Assembly (NCBI GenBank): GCA_016748015.1
Contig: JAAOMT010000299.1
Coordinates: 843,090 to 907,089, forward strand
Reading direction: 5' to 3'
Source of the DNA: Geosiphon pyriformis uo1
Taxonomy: Eukaryota; Fungi; Glomeromycota
Length of the DNA stretch: 64,000 nt
A program made the translations under genes and the position numbers. The notes below the pieces were generated by a model. It made no database searches. It saw only the letters and a program-made list of their open reading frames with translations, and was not told where the DNA came from. Below are positions 50,437 through 63,246 of this stretch, in pieces (within the stretch, counting starts at the first letter, position 1; every line of letters starts with the position of its first letter).

Positions 50437-53213
50437 CTATTAATACTTTATATTAATAAAATTCAATACTTAACTACACTAAACCAATAGCTCTTAATTA
50501 TGGCTATTGATAAAATACTAATTTCTTATTTTCTTTTTATTTTCTTTTATTTTTCTTATTTTTTTTTTGTTTATTGTTTATTAATTAATTAAAAGATTAA
50601 CACACAGAATTACTAATATTAAAAGAATTGATAAAAAACCCAGAAATAAAAATAGACATTTGGAATTAAAGATAGCTTATTAGGAGAAACCAACCATCAA
50701 ACTAAAAAAAAATTCATAAAATACACCTAAAAAAATACTAAAACAACTATTAAATTTCTGTTTATTATATAAAAAACTTAACCAAAATTTTCTGATATTA
50801 CTAACAACCTAATCAGCTATTAAGTATTAAGTTATGAGTTTGTTATTTATACCAACACTCCAAATAATCATCTATAATATTTAGTGCTCTCTATAAGATA
50901 TAATTTAACAGAAAACTAGCATCAATATTAACCAAAATTGAAGAGATACTTAGTTAGCAATCAAGCAATTTATTAGCCTCTATAATGTCATAACAATTAA
51001 GAAAACTCCAATTGTTTTTAAAATCAATCATGTTTATCATTAGCAAATCAACCATAACAACAAAAAATACATAATTGTTACTATTGTAGTAAACAAGATC
51101 ATCTAAAAAATTGCTGCTCTAGATTTAATAACTAATAATCAGAAAATTAATATCAAAACCCCAATTGCAGATTTCAAACTCTAAATTACACTCTGAATTA
51201 AGAACAATATCAATACCAATCTTATTACACCCCAATAATACAACAACTAATATACATACTTCTAGTTTATTAGACTTTAGCACCAGTAATTTATTAATTA
51301 CAACCACAAATAATTTATCAACTACAGTCACAAATAATTTATCAACTACAGTCATAAATAATTTATCAAACCCAACTAATTCAAATACCATCCCAAAATT
51401 TAGCTTATATAACAACTGAAAATCAAAAACTAAAAATTACATTCACTCAACAGAACTGGCAATCAATAATAGTAAGGTATCAACTAATTCTCAGTTTATT
51501 AAATTAGTCATCTAGATTACACTAGCAGAGTTTAAAAAATAAATATATTTAAAACCCAAATTTTCAGAACTATTTAAGTCTTTTAGTTATTTCAGAAAAC
51601 AATCCATTCAACAACTTAGAACTCAATCCAATTATCACTAATTAAGCTCAAAAAAGAAAAAAAAAACCTACCTAAAAAGTCTATTAAGCTTTATAAGCTA
51701 AAGACAAGCACAACAAACCACTATTAATACTCTCTTAAAACAACAAGAAAAAAAAAAAGAGAACAAACCACAAGCCAACATCTTTACAGAAGAACCAAAT
51801 AATGGTTGACATGTTCTATACTTATTGAAACCAAAGAAAAAACCATTTTACTACCAAGATTTAACACTTATTTGAGAAAAACAAAAGCAGTATTTAATCC
51901 AATTAAGTATTAAATTCTGTAAACATTATATAATTCCTTATAACTTAAAATATTGTAATAATAATAATTTTATTTACAATCCACTACTATGCATGATTTA
52001 TTTGATCCTTAAAAAAGAAGAACCAATTAACAAATATGTATTAGAATTAAAATCAAAATTTAATTGCAATTTAAACTTTGATAATAATGACAATAATAGT
52101 TTTAACTCTATCTACAATGACAATAACAATAATAATAATTTAAACTTCAATAAAAACTTTGAACAATATATTGAATTTCAGATCTTTTACAGAAACAGAA
52201 ACTTAAATGATTTAGCAATAATAATAAGAATATTATGTCAGAACACATATATGATACTAATACAGAGTTTAAACTCAGATATTCAAGAAAAATTGCCATT
52301 AGATTAGAATATTATTTGTGTATCAGTATAAAGTTAAAAAATTTAGAAAATTTTAACAGAGCTTAATATTAAAGGAAAAAATAATATTACTCATAGATTT
52401 TTAATAAGGATATAAAGTATTCAATTAGAAATAGACATAATAAAAAAAAAATTTCAGAATTTTTCTTAAGAAATTACAAGATTCTAAAAATTCTAGAATT
52501 TCTGATTAAAAAAATTAAAAAAATTCAAGAAATTTCATATAATATAAATTATATATATATAGTAAAAGTATTAAAAACAAAAAAAGCAATTCCTAAAGAA
52601 TTCAATAGAGTTTATATTAATTTAAAACAATACTTCTTTCTTCAAAAAATAGTTTTCTATGACTTGAAATGAAATTATTCCCATATTAATAAAATTATCC
52701 ATTTTTATTAAATCCATGTTATTATTATTTGATTAAAAATATTAATCACTTTTTATTCTATTAATATTCTATGTTGATAAAATCCAATACTTAACTACAC
52801 TAGACTAATAGCTCTTGATCATAGTTATTAATGGAATACTAATTTCTTATTTTCTTTTTATTTTTTTTTATTTTTTTTATTTTATTTATTGTTTACTAAT
52901 TGATTAAAAATTAATGCACAGAGTTACTAACATTAAAAAAACTAGTAAAAAACTTAAGAATAAGAGTAGACATTTGGAATTGAAAATAGCTTACTAAGAG
53001 AAATTGACTATTAAGTTAAGAAAAAAATTCACAGAATATATTTCTGGGAAGATATTGAAACAACTATTGAATTTCTGTCTATTATACAAAAAACTTAACC
53101 AAAATTTTCAAATTACCAAAATTTTCAGATATTATCAACAACCTAACTAGTTATTAAGTACCAAATTACAAGTTTGTTATTTGTATCTATTTTTCAAATA
53201 ATTATTTATAACA
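50437..53213 (+). mobile_element. Element H: internally deleted non-autonomous family-A derivative
   Basis: Partial 5' LTR to 50879, PBS, 1.5-kb patchwork interior, PPT, and 3' LTR 52385-53213. Confidence 0.8.
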
Positions 53214-53445
53214 CTATATTTGTTTTGGTTTACATTTTTTCTGTTTATATTAGATTTTGGTTTTTTGCATGATATTTTTTTGGTAGGTAATTTGGATATA
53301 TAGTGCTTTCTTGATTGGTTTAAGTGACTGATTATATATAAAAAATGCATAAACCATACTTAACTTAGAATCTTGTCTAATTTATAATTTTAAATAGTAA
53401 TTGGGCTGTACTTGTTAAATAATAATAATAATAATAATAATAATA
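53214..53445 (+). mobile_element. Decayed 3' end of a LINE of the same family as 56.5-63.4 kb, with (TAA)n tail
   Basis: CTTGATTGG...AACCAT...TTGGGCTGTACTTGTTA(AAT)n matches 63253-63380. Confidence 0.75.
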
Positions 53446-54088
53446 TTTATTATTTATATTAAATTTTTTTTGAGTTTTTTACTTCTTAATAATATAAAAA
53501 CTATAAAAGAAAAAGTTAAAAACAATTTTTTTTAAAAAATTATATTATTATTTAAAAATGCAATTTTATTATTATTATTACTATTAAAATTTTTTATATT
53601 TTTAAAATTAATAATATTTAAAAATGGTTGTTTATGTTTTTTATTTTTTTATTGTTATTACAGTTAAAAAATTTTTGCTTAAACAAATTTAAATTTTTTC
53701 ATAAAATAATTATTAAAATTAGTAAAAAACTTGATTAATTTATTAATTACCAATTTAATAACCAATTCTTGTATAAAATAAATTAAAAATAGTTTATTTA
53801 AAAATTTAAAAATTAAAATAATTAAAATAATAAATACAAAAATTTGTTAATAACAAAAATTAGAATTATTAAAACTTTTTAAAACAATTTGAATAGCATA
53901 TAAATATTAACTATTTAGCATACAAATAACATTAATAATAATAAAACTTTTAGCTTAATTTACATCGATGTCACCAGTTACAGCAGAACTGGTTTTCCGG
54001 TTGTGAAACGATGATACCAGCTTTTATTCTTTTCACAAATGCCTTTCCTATCATCCCGAGTCTTTTCTCTTATTATTTCCTACAAAAG

Positions 54089-54186
54089 GTATGTTAGCAT
54101 CCATTTTTGAACCGCTTTTATTGAAGCAATTTTATTCTTTGAAATCCTTCTAAAGACCAACCATAATTTATTTTTGCTTTTAATAG
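54089..54186 (+). other. Probable 5'-UTR intron of the beta-thymosin gene
   Basis: Perfect donor AAG|GTATGT at 54089. A pyrimidine tract TTTTTGCTTTT leads to the acceptor TAG ending at 54186; an alternative acceptor CAG ends at 54198. Confidence 0.55.
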
Positions 54187-54226
54187 ATTCTTCGACAGCC
54201 TCCAAAAAGTATATTAGCTAATCGTC

Positions 54227-54574
54227 ATGGACCCAGCCAATAAACCGAATCCTGCTGCCAAAGAAATCGAGTCCCACTCTGGTGACTTGAAAGACCGTCT
54301 CAAGCACGTCAAAACACAAGAAAAAAACCCGTTGCCGACGAAGGAAGGTGAGTAATGTTATCGAGCTTTTTTGTTGAGAGGATTATTATAATGTCAAATT
54401 TTTTACGCTTTAAACGAACTAGAATTTGAGTTTTCTGCTTATTTTACCATTCATTACCTGTTTTGTATCCTTTGGAAAGATTACCAACTAATCATATTAT
54501 CGCTACTCTAATAACGACTCTAAACAGATATCGCGAAAGAAAAAGAAGAAACAGCTAAGGAACAGTCAGCATAG
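54227..54574 (+). CDS. Monomeric beta-thymosin (thymosin beta-4-like, WH2 G-actin-binding peptide), 55 aa; two coding exons 54227-54347 and 54528-54574
   Basis: The spliced translation is [77 protein letters not shown] matches the beta-thymosin signature ([22 protein letters not shown]). The intron 54348-54527 has GTGAGT...CTAAT...CAG. There are no stops, CpGs are retained, and AATAAA lies at 54618-54623. Confidence 0.9.
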
Positions 54575-56660
54575 ATGTGCCACTCAAAGACTACATAGTT
54601 GAAACTCTGTAATCTCAAATAAAGTTGACCTTTACAGTTTATCTTTCGTCATAGATGTTTTTATCCTTTCCCACAATGATGACTAAATCTTACGAAATTT
54701 AGATTCATTTGTTCATCAATTTTTATCATGAATTACAGTACCAATATAAGAGACACTTATATTAATTATCAAAATTTGTTATCTTGACCAATGTAAACTG
54801 GGTCTTTACCTTTTTACTGGCCAAGCAATATAAGTTTGTGATATTTAATTATGATGCTAGTTTTTGGTTATGTGTTTATTTAAACTATTCAACTTTAATA
54901 AATTAATTTTATGTCTATAGTGTGCATCTTTTACTAGATTATAACATTGTATTTATAACGCTATTTTTTTAACAAGTTAATTCAATAATAAAACAAACAA
55001 AATAAATAAATAAAAATTAGTTATAACCAAAAGCTATTGCTTAAAAATAATAAAAATAGCATTATATTTTTGCTATTTATTAAGATAAAGTAACATTAAT
55101 AATAAGTATAATAACAATAATAATCTAAATTTATAAGTTTAAATATTGAAAATAATTTTTAATTCTTTGGTTATTTAATTATTAAATATTTTTTCTGCTA
55201 ATTAATACTATTTGTACATATATTTATTTTATTAATATAAAATATTTTGGTATTTTTATTTATTTTTTCAGTTATTTTTTAATTATTTCTGGTATTTTTG
55301 AAATTTTTGCTATTATTTTTATTTATAATTTTAATATTTCATTAACTAATTAATATTAATATTGTTATTGTTAATAATATTATAATTAATTGTTTTAATT
55401 TTAAATATTTTAGAACAATAATACAACTTTTTAATTTTAAACAAAATCTGGTTAAAACTTATATTAAAACCAGTTAATATAAACAAAACCCAAATTTTAT
55501 TAATTTTAATTATGTTAAATCCAATTTATGTATTTAATAAACAATTTAATAAAAAATAAATATTTGACTTAATTGTTTTTAGAAGCTTAAAAATTAAAAA
55601 TTTTAATTTATAAACTTTTTTTTGATTATAGTATTATATTTTATAAATTTTAATCTTAAAAATTTTTTATCAATTCTGTTATTAATAAATACATAAACAT
55701 TTTTATTATTATTATATTTTTTATTAAATATTAATCAAAAATATTATTAATAATTTACATAAAAAACAAAATTAAAAAAATATTAATATAATTTTTTGGT
55801 TAATTTACTTGTTTATTTAAATTAATAAAACTATATAAAACATAAATTAAAAAACTTTAAAACTAATATAAAAAATTTAATACTCAAAAATAAATTGTTT
55901 TTAATAAAATATTTGGTTACAATATTAAAAGCTAAATTTTTAATAACTTATATTCATATTTTTTATTAAAAAAACAAATAATTAATAAAAATCTAATTTT
56001 AACATATATTTAAATTAATTATAACTTAATAAATTTAGATATATTTTTTTAAAAGTGTTTTTAAATTTTTTTAATAAATTATATTTTAAAATTATATGTT
56101 AAAATAATTATACTTAAATTAAATAAGCAAAATTAATTTAATTTAAGCCAAAATTATATTATTAAAAACTAAAATTATGTTAAAAACATTTTTTAAAACT
56201 TTTCTAAATTTAAACAAATAATAACACATTTAATTTAATTATTTATAACAAAATTATAATTAATAACACATATTTTATTATTATATAAAATCAAAATTAT
56301 ATACAATTATAATTATTAATAAAGTATATAATAAAATTTACTATTATTTTTTTTTTATAATTTATTATTAATATTGATTTTAATAAAAATAAACTATTTA
56401 AAAGTTATTATTTAATAATATATAAATTAAAAAAAGTTGTATTTAATTATATAATCTAATAAAAAAAATATAAAAATATAAAAAAATTATTATGTTTTAA
56501 CTAATATACCAAATTACATATTAAAAAAAAATTAAAAAAAAAAAAAACTTCTTTTTTTCATACATCCCAAATTCCCCAAAAAGCACAATTTTGAAAGAAG
56601 TTTTTTTGTTTTTTCTATCTGTTTTATTTTACTATTTTTTTTACACACAACCCATTTGTT

Positions 56661-58567
56661 ATGGATATGGAGGCTGCCTCTAGTGGCAGTTCATCAAGTT
56701 CGAAGACTCCCTTGGGTGCTTCCTCTGGTCCTGCTGGTGGCTTCTTTTCATAAAAGAAAAGGGTTTCTCTTCGCAATGTCAAGCATTCTGGTGTTAAAGG
56801 TAGTGTTTCTTTGGCCAAACCTCATTTTGATGGGGACATGTACTCTGATATGGAAAGTAATTCTAGTAGTAATATTGTTGATGAAGTTCTGGTTAATAGT
56901 AATGATAAGTCTTTTCTTGGTTCAGCGGTTATAACTCCTAAGGCAAAGAGAGTTAAAAATGATTTGGCCTGTGGTGCCCCTCTTGGTTCTCTGGATTATG
57001 ACATGGATGATGATGATAGTGGTTTCCTCCCTCCTCCTCTTGGTATTTTCTTGGAAAGAAAATAGTTAGATCCCAAAATAATCAAAACTTAGGTGGAAGT
57101 TGCTGTGAAAAAATCTTTTGCTCTGGACATTAATCTTTCAGCTGTGGAAAGCAAATTGGCTATGGCCAAAACTCAAGTTATCAGAAAATTGTTTTCAAAA
57201 ATCAATGGTTTTGGAGGGCCACTACCTTCTCAAAATTTGAAGAGATCATCTAATCAACATTTACTTCGTCAGAAAGCATGGAAAAGGCCGTGTTATTGGC
57301 CAGAGAAAATAACATCATTGTAAACAGCAATCTTAAGAGACAAAGAATTCACTCAGATCAGGCCATAGTAATCAAAGAAATTCCCATAGATATGCCAAAA
57401 GAAATGATTGTTGCTGCAGTATCTGAGTTTGGAGAAATTAAGTCGATCAAAATCCAGTTAATTGGTTTATAGCAAAAGGCTGTAGTGGAATTCGCCAAAC
57501 TGGAACAGGCTGTGTCTTTGGCTGCTAGGTGGTTCTTCCTAATTGGTAAAGACTCAGTTTGTGTGACTATGGCAGTGGGCGATCATGAAACTTGGGTATC
57601 TAGAGATTAGTTCAGGGCACTTTTGTTTACTTTGCCAATGGGAACTAGTACTTATGATCTTGGGGATCTTCTTGAAGGGGCTGGTGGAAAAACTTGTATC
57701 ATAAATCGGTTATTAGAGACTGGTAATAGGATCTGCTGTGCTGTTGTTTGTTTTGATTCTGATGAAGTTTTGGAGTCAGCTTTTTACATAGAGCCAATCT
57801 TTGGTGGTGTGAAACTCTCATGGGCTAGGCTGGATTTGGTTCGCTGTAAATGGTGTGGAAAGTTCGGTTATTCTGCCTTGGAATGTGATGCTGAGGTTGT
57901 GTCAGCTCTCAAATCTTTAAAGTTTTTTATAAGACCTGCCAACCTAGATACTCATCTCCAACTGGCCAAATTGTATGCAAAGAAGAATATATTAATCTCT
58001 CGTCCTGTTGCCTTTGGTGGCAAATCTTGGGCTCAAGTGGTTTTAGTTGCTTCAGTTTTTCATGATTTTTGTGCTGGTTCTGGTTCTGGTTCTCCACCTT
58101 CCAGTGCTTTGAGTTTGGGTGGGGCATTTCCCCTTCTATCTGTGGTCAATTTTCCTTTGAGTGCTTGCTTAGTGCTTCTGGAATGCTCTGTAGAGCTTTT
58201 GTCTGGTCAAATTTCGAACATTTTTTCTCGTTTTGACAATATTGGTTCAGCACTTTTAGTGCCTTCCTCTCAAATAGTTCCTTCTGTGGTTGTTTCTCAG
58301 TCCCCAATCTCTGTTCCTCTTGTGGTTGCAAACTCCAACTTGGATTTTGACATGGCAGTTGATGATTATTTTGTCCAGCCTACTTTTTTCTCTCTGGGTG
58401 TTACCAATTTGCTCTTGGGTCTGAGTAGTTTCAAAGTCTTGACTTCCAAAGTTGGTGGTCTGGAATCAAAGTTGGTTGCTCTCGACATCTCCATTGGTTT
58501 GATTTTGGCTAAGTTGGATCAGTTGTGTGCTGGCTCAGGTTTTTTGGTTATTTTTTCATTACAATGA
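56661..58567 (+). pseudogene. LINE ORF1 (RRM-like region plus CCHC-type knuckle)
   Basis: IVIKEIP..MPKEMIVAAVSEFGEIKSIKI (RRM-like) and CKWCGKFGYSALEC; several stops and a frameshift. Confidence 0.8.
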
Positions 58568-61500
58568 CCAGTTTTATTTGGAAAATTGCCACATGTAATA
58601 TTAGGGGAATGAACAATCCTGCAAAACAGGAGGACATTTTTTGCTGGCATAAGGAATCTGGTAGTTCGATCTCAATTGTTACAGAAACCAAGTTGTGTTC
58701 CAGTTCACAACCATGGATTATAAAAAGATTTGAAGGTGTTTGGGTTTTTACATCTGGTCTGGATATTGGGTTTTGTGGGGCTGGTGTGGCCATTTTTGTG
58801 AACAATTCTCTGGCTCATCATGTTTCCAAAGTCGAGGAGGTAAAGGGCAGAGTTTTTTCAATTTGTCTTTTGTTCAAGAACAAGCTTTCTGTGTCTGTCA
58901 TTGGGCTTTATGCCTGTGCATCTGGTGGTGACCGTTTTGCTCAGGCTTCTGTTATTAATTTATTTATTGTTGATACTGTCAACAAAAGTTCTTTTGTTGT
59001 TTTGGGTGGGGACTTCAATAAAGACAATTCAGTCAAGGGGGTGAGTCTTAGAAAATGTTTAGGTTTGGGTCTAGTTAATGTTTTTGGTGGCCACTCTCTG
59101 GCTAGGATTCCTACTTGGAGCAATTCAAGAGGTGTTAGCAAGATTTTGGACTACATTCTAGTTAATGACTCTTTGATTTTAGCTGTTGTGAATTGTGATG
59201 TTAGTTTTGTTTCAGAATTTTTTGACATGAATCACTTGGCTGTCTTGATATTTATTGGACTGAGTGGTCTTCTAGATGCTCATTTGAATAGCATCCGCAA
59301 ACACACTAATAAGGATTGCTGAAAGTTTAAGATTAAGGATGCTGATGAGAAAAAGTGGGCACGTTTCAAAGAACTTTCTGAGTGTGCACTTTTGGGTTCT
59401 CTGGATGGATTCAAGGCAGCTAAGGATGGTGGCAACTTGGATGGAATGTGGGGGGTGCTAGCTAAAGCCATGACTGCTTCTGCTGAAGAAATTTTTTTAA
59501 GACATTGGTATAGTGAATTTGATTGTGCTAAAAATAGACTTTTTTCTAAATTTTCCAGGTTAGAGCTGTTGGTTGTCAAGTTATTAAAAGTGCTGAGACT
59601 GGATAATATGTTGGGCTTTAATTGTCTGGCTGACACTTGATTTAAAGTTGACCTTTCTGAAGCTTCCAAAGTTCTTGGTATGGTCAGAGATGGTGTGGAT
59701 TCTGTTGGCTTAATAAGTCATCTTGCAAAGGTTAAAAAGCAATATAGAAAATCCAAATATTATGAATCTGAGGTGACCAAAAGATCTGCTATTAGAGACG
59801 CGATTGATAAACATATAGAAAAGTTTGATACAGACAAAGATGGGATGATTCAGAGCATCTTGGAACAGCCCTTTTGCAAAGTTGTTTTAGACCATTTGGT
59901 TGTTGGTGATTCTTTTATTTTGGAACCTAATGAAGTGAAGCTCAAAATAGATGACATTATGGTTAGTTGGACCAGAAAGTGGAATGCTCTTTCTGTTCTG
60001 TCTGGTCCCTGGGCACAACAATATGCCCCTTTGGCTTATGTTAATGATAGTGTTTTTAGTCTGGTCATGTGTGATATTACCATGTGTGAGATGTCTTCAG
60101 TTATAAGCAATCTTCTTGATGGCAAAGCTGCTGGTTTGTCTGGTATCACCAATAAACTTTGGAAACATGCTGGCTGTTTGGTTTTGGAGTGTTTGTTGTC
60201 TTTGCTGAACTCTTGTTTGCATTTTGATGATGTTCCAGTTCATTGGAAAGAGACCTGGGTGTCCATGATTCCTAAGCCTTATGATTGGGATGGCGTTTTG
60301 TCGAATACACAGCCTATTGTATTAATTGAGACGGCCAGAAAGATTCTGTCAAAAGTTCTCTCAGACAGGATCTCTCTTGCTTGTAGTAAGTTTGATGTTC
60401 TCCGTGGTAACAACTTTTCTGTTCTCAAAGGCACTTCCACTCAGTCACCAATTTCAGCTGTGGGTTCAATTGTAGAGGATGCTTTGGAAAAAGGCTGTGA
60501 ACTTTGGCTGGTTTTTCAAGACATGCACAAAGTGTATAACTCTGTTGGTTGGTCTCATTTAGAAGCTAGTTTATGCCATATCAAAATGTGTGGCAAGTTC
60601 ATCAAGTTTTTTGGCAACATTTACAACAATTACTTCAACAGAGTCATGACAGATTTTGGTCTTTCTGATGGATACAAAGTTCTTGATGGTTTGGATCAGA
60701 GTGAAGTTTTCTCACCTCTTCTATGGAGAATTTTTTACAACCCCTTGTTATGTGAAGTTGTGAGACAAGATCATTTGTGTGGTTATCAGATCAATTCGAA
60801 CTTTGTGACAAAGACTAGAAGGATTGAGACTAGTGGGAGTATGACTTCTTTTTTTGCGGCTGGTGCCTTTGTTGATGACACTATTTGGGTGGGAAATGGG
60901 TGAGCCTCTACACAGCACATTCTTAATGTGGCCAGTGAGTTTTTCCTTATCAATGACATTAACATAAACAACGAGAAGACAGTTGCCATTTCTATTAACA
61001 AAAGAATGGGGGTTCCTGTTTTATCTATCAATGGCCAGGCTATTGCTGTTGCCAATCCTGGTTTGAATCATTGATATTTGGGTATTTTCTTGTTCACTGA
61101 TGGTTTGTCTAAGCCAAGTCTTACCAAAGCCAATTCTGATATTAGGTTCTTCTCAAATATGGTTCTCTGGAAGGCTGTCTCTGATAAACAATTCTCTTAT
61201 CTGGTTTCAGCTGTTTTGCAGCCCATAGTTAGTTATCGGACACAGTTTAGTTTTGTTTCCAAAGCTGTTTGTCTAAAATGGAACGTTCTAATTAGAAAAG
61301 GTCTTAGGTCAAAAGCCAATTTGCTGAGAAACTTTCCCAATGAGGCGTTATACCACCCTTCTCTTTATAGACTGAAATCTTTTGAACAGTTGCAAGCTAA
61401 ATGCAAGGTAGCTTCTATTGTGCAATTTGCGAATTCTTCTGGAATTCTTAGCTGATTGTTCGAACATTGATTTTTGGATTTACAGGTTTTGTGCTGAACT

Positions 61501-63246
61501 CTGCTGAATCCTTTTCAATATCCTGTTAAGCTAAAAGTAAACACTTCAAACAATTTTCTAGTGGGTGTGGTTTGTATATTTCTTGACAACAAGCTGTTTT
61601 TGGATAACAGGCTTCTCTGTGCCTTTTACTCTTCTGGCTGTTTTCCAATATCATTGGTATTGGGTGATCCTTTGTATTTCAATGTGGTTTGCTCCTTGAA
61701 AATTACTGGTGTGGCATATAGTAACCAACTTTTGGACAAAAATGGTTCTGTTGTTAGTTGGCGTACATTTCACCGATGGAAAAGACTTGGTTCTAGAGAC
61801 CTTGTGCTTTTATGGTTTTTGAAGGCCTCTACTCACTTGAACAGTTGTTTGCATGCTCCCCCTTCTGCGAGTTTAGCTTCTGTCTATGCTAGTGTTTTAG
61901 ATTCGACATTTTTTGCCAATATTTGTGAAGAGATTCATGGATTGTGGGCTGATGAGATTGATGTTTATACTAACAGTTTTCTTAAAGGCTTGAGTACGTT
62001 TCAGGTGGTGTGTGGTGCTGCCACTTATTTTCCTAGCTTGAACAAAGATTTAGGAGTGGAGGTACATGGTGTGCTGTTTTCGACTCTGGCTGAGTTACAG
62101 GCTGTTGCCCTGGCTTTGGAGTGCATTTTTGCCTCTGTTTTAGTGGCTTTGCACACAAATAGTCAAGCAGCTATTGATGCATGTGTGGTCGAATTGGGTT
62201 TTTTGTAGCCAAATTGTCACAATAGTTGCTGGATAGAAAGGCACCATGTGGTTGATTTGATTAAATCCAAAAATCTGACTGTCCACTGGATCAAAGTCAA
62301 AGGTCATGCTGGCATTGCTGGTAATGTTATGGCTGACATTTTTGCTAAACAAACTGCACACTCTAGGGTCTCTCTCTTTGCCAGGATTAATTGTAGATGT
62401 GGTTGCTGATGGCAGGCCAGTTTCTGATAATGCCCACCATTTTGTATATGACATTTTTTATTCTATTTGCAAGTTTTAGTGGAAGGTAGGTCCTGGCCAA
62501 GAGATTTTGTCTTGTTTGTTTGGTCTGGTTGTTGATTGGAATAGTACTGCTTTAGTTTGGCACCCTAACTCTCATATGCTCTCTGGGAGTACATGTCGAG
62601 CCACTGCTGCTCTTTGTACGTACTTCATAAAAGCTGTTCATTTTAAGTTGTCTGTTGCTATTCGAAAGAGGCTGTATAATAAAGATTACTCTGGTGTATT
62701 ATGTCTATTTTGTGGTAATGTGGAACTTCCTGATCATGGCTTTACTTGTGTTAAGGATGCTTCTGTGTGGTCAGATATTTTGGGTGATTTTGGTGGTTTG
62801 TGAAAAACTCTGATGGGTCCTGATTTACTGTCACTGTCTTTTGTATTACAAGATCTCTCTCTGAGGATGTCTGATGTTGGTTTGTATTTGGTTTTTTGCA
62901 AGGGATTTGTTCTCAAGAGTTGGATGGATGAGGCCATTGCTTCTCTTAGTAACAAAAAAAAAGTGGCCTTTGTGGTAGTGGATTTCGTCCATTGTTTGGC
63001 TGAGAGTCTTAGGATGAACCTCTGGCTTTTTAGAACTAAGTTCAGGTCTAACATGGAAAGAGTGGTTTGATTGGTGATAATGTTGTTGTGGCTGGTGCTC
63101 TTGGTGTGGGTGTTCTGCCTTTTTCAGCTGGCACGGTCTGTCTTATTGGTGTGTTAGATTCTCTTGATGTCAGTTTTGGTTTTAGGAATAGGTTCTTGTT
63201 TTTGTCTGGTGCTGTTTATAGAATTAGTGTTTCTATAAGTGTGTAG
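58564..63246 (+). pseudogene. LINE ORF2: AP endonuclease, RT, RNase H, C-terminal Cys/His motif
   Basis: ATCNIRG, TETK, GGDFN, LDYI; IPKP, QDM.K.Y.SV, FSPLLW, AFVDD, YLGI; VYT(D), AELQA, WIKVKGHAG..GN..AD; CLFC...DH..TC. Confidence 0.93.

Noticed and set aside
51165-51419. Thr/Asn-rich repeat protein (NNLSTT)n
   Set aside because: It is an alternative frame of the (IYQPQ)n gag tail.
54227-54356. Unspliced 42-aa reading of the thymosin ORF
   Set aside because: It stops 2 codons into a canonical GTGAGT donor, whereas splicing restores the conserved D-I-x-x-E-K helix.
56520-56547. LINE target-site duplication (AAAAAATTAAAAA at both ends)
   Set aside because: The sequence is too low in complexity to distinguish from chance.
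56624-56818. Antisense ORF at the LINE 5' end, and the many other antisense or LTR-internal ORFs in the track
   Set aside because: They are shadows of TE coding frames or LTR sequence, with no independent motifs.
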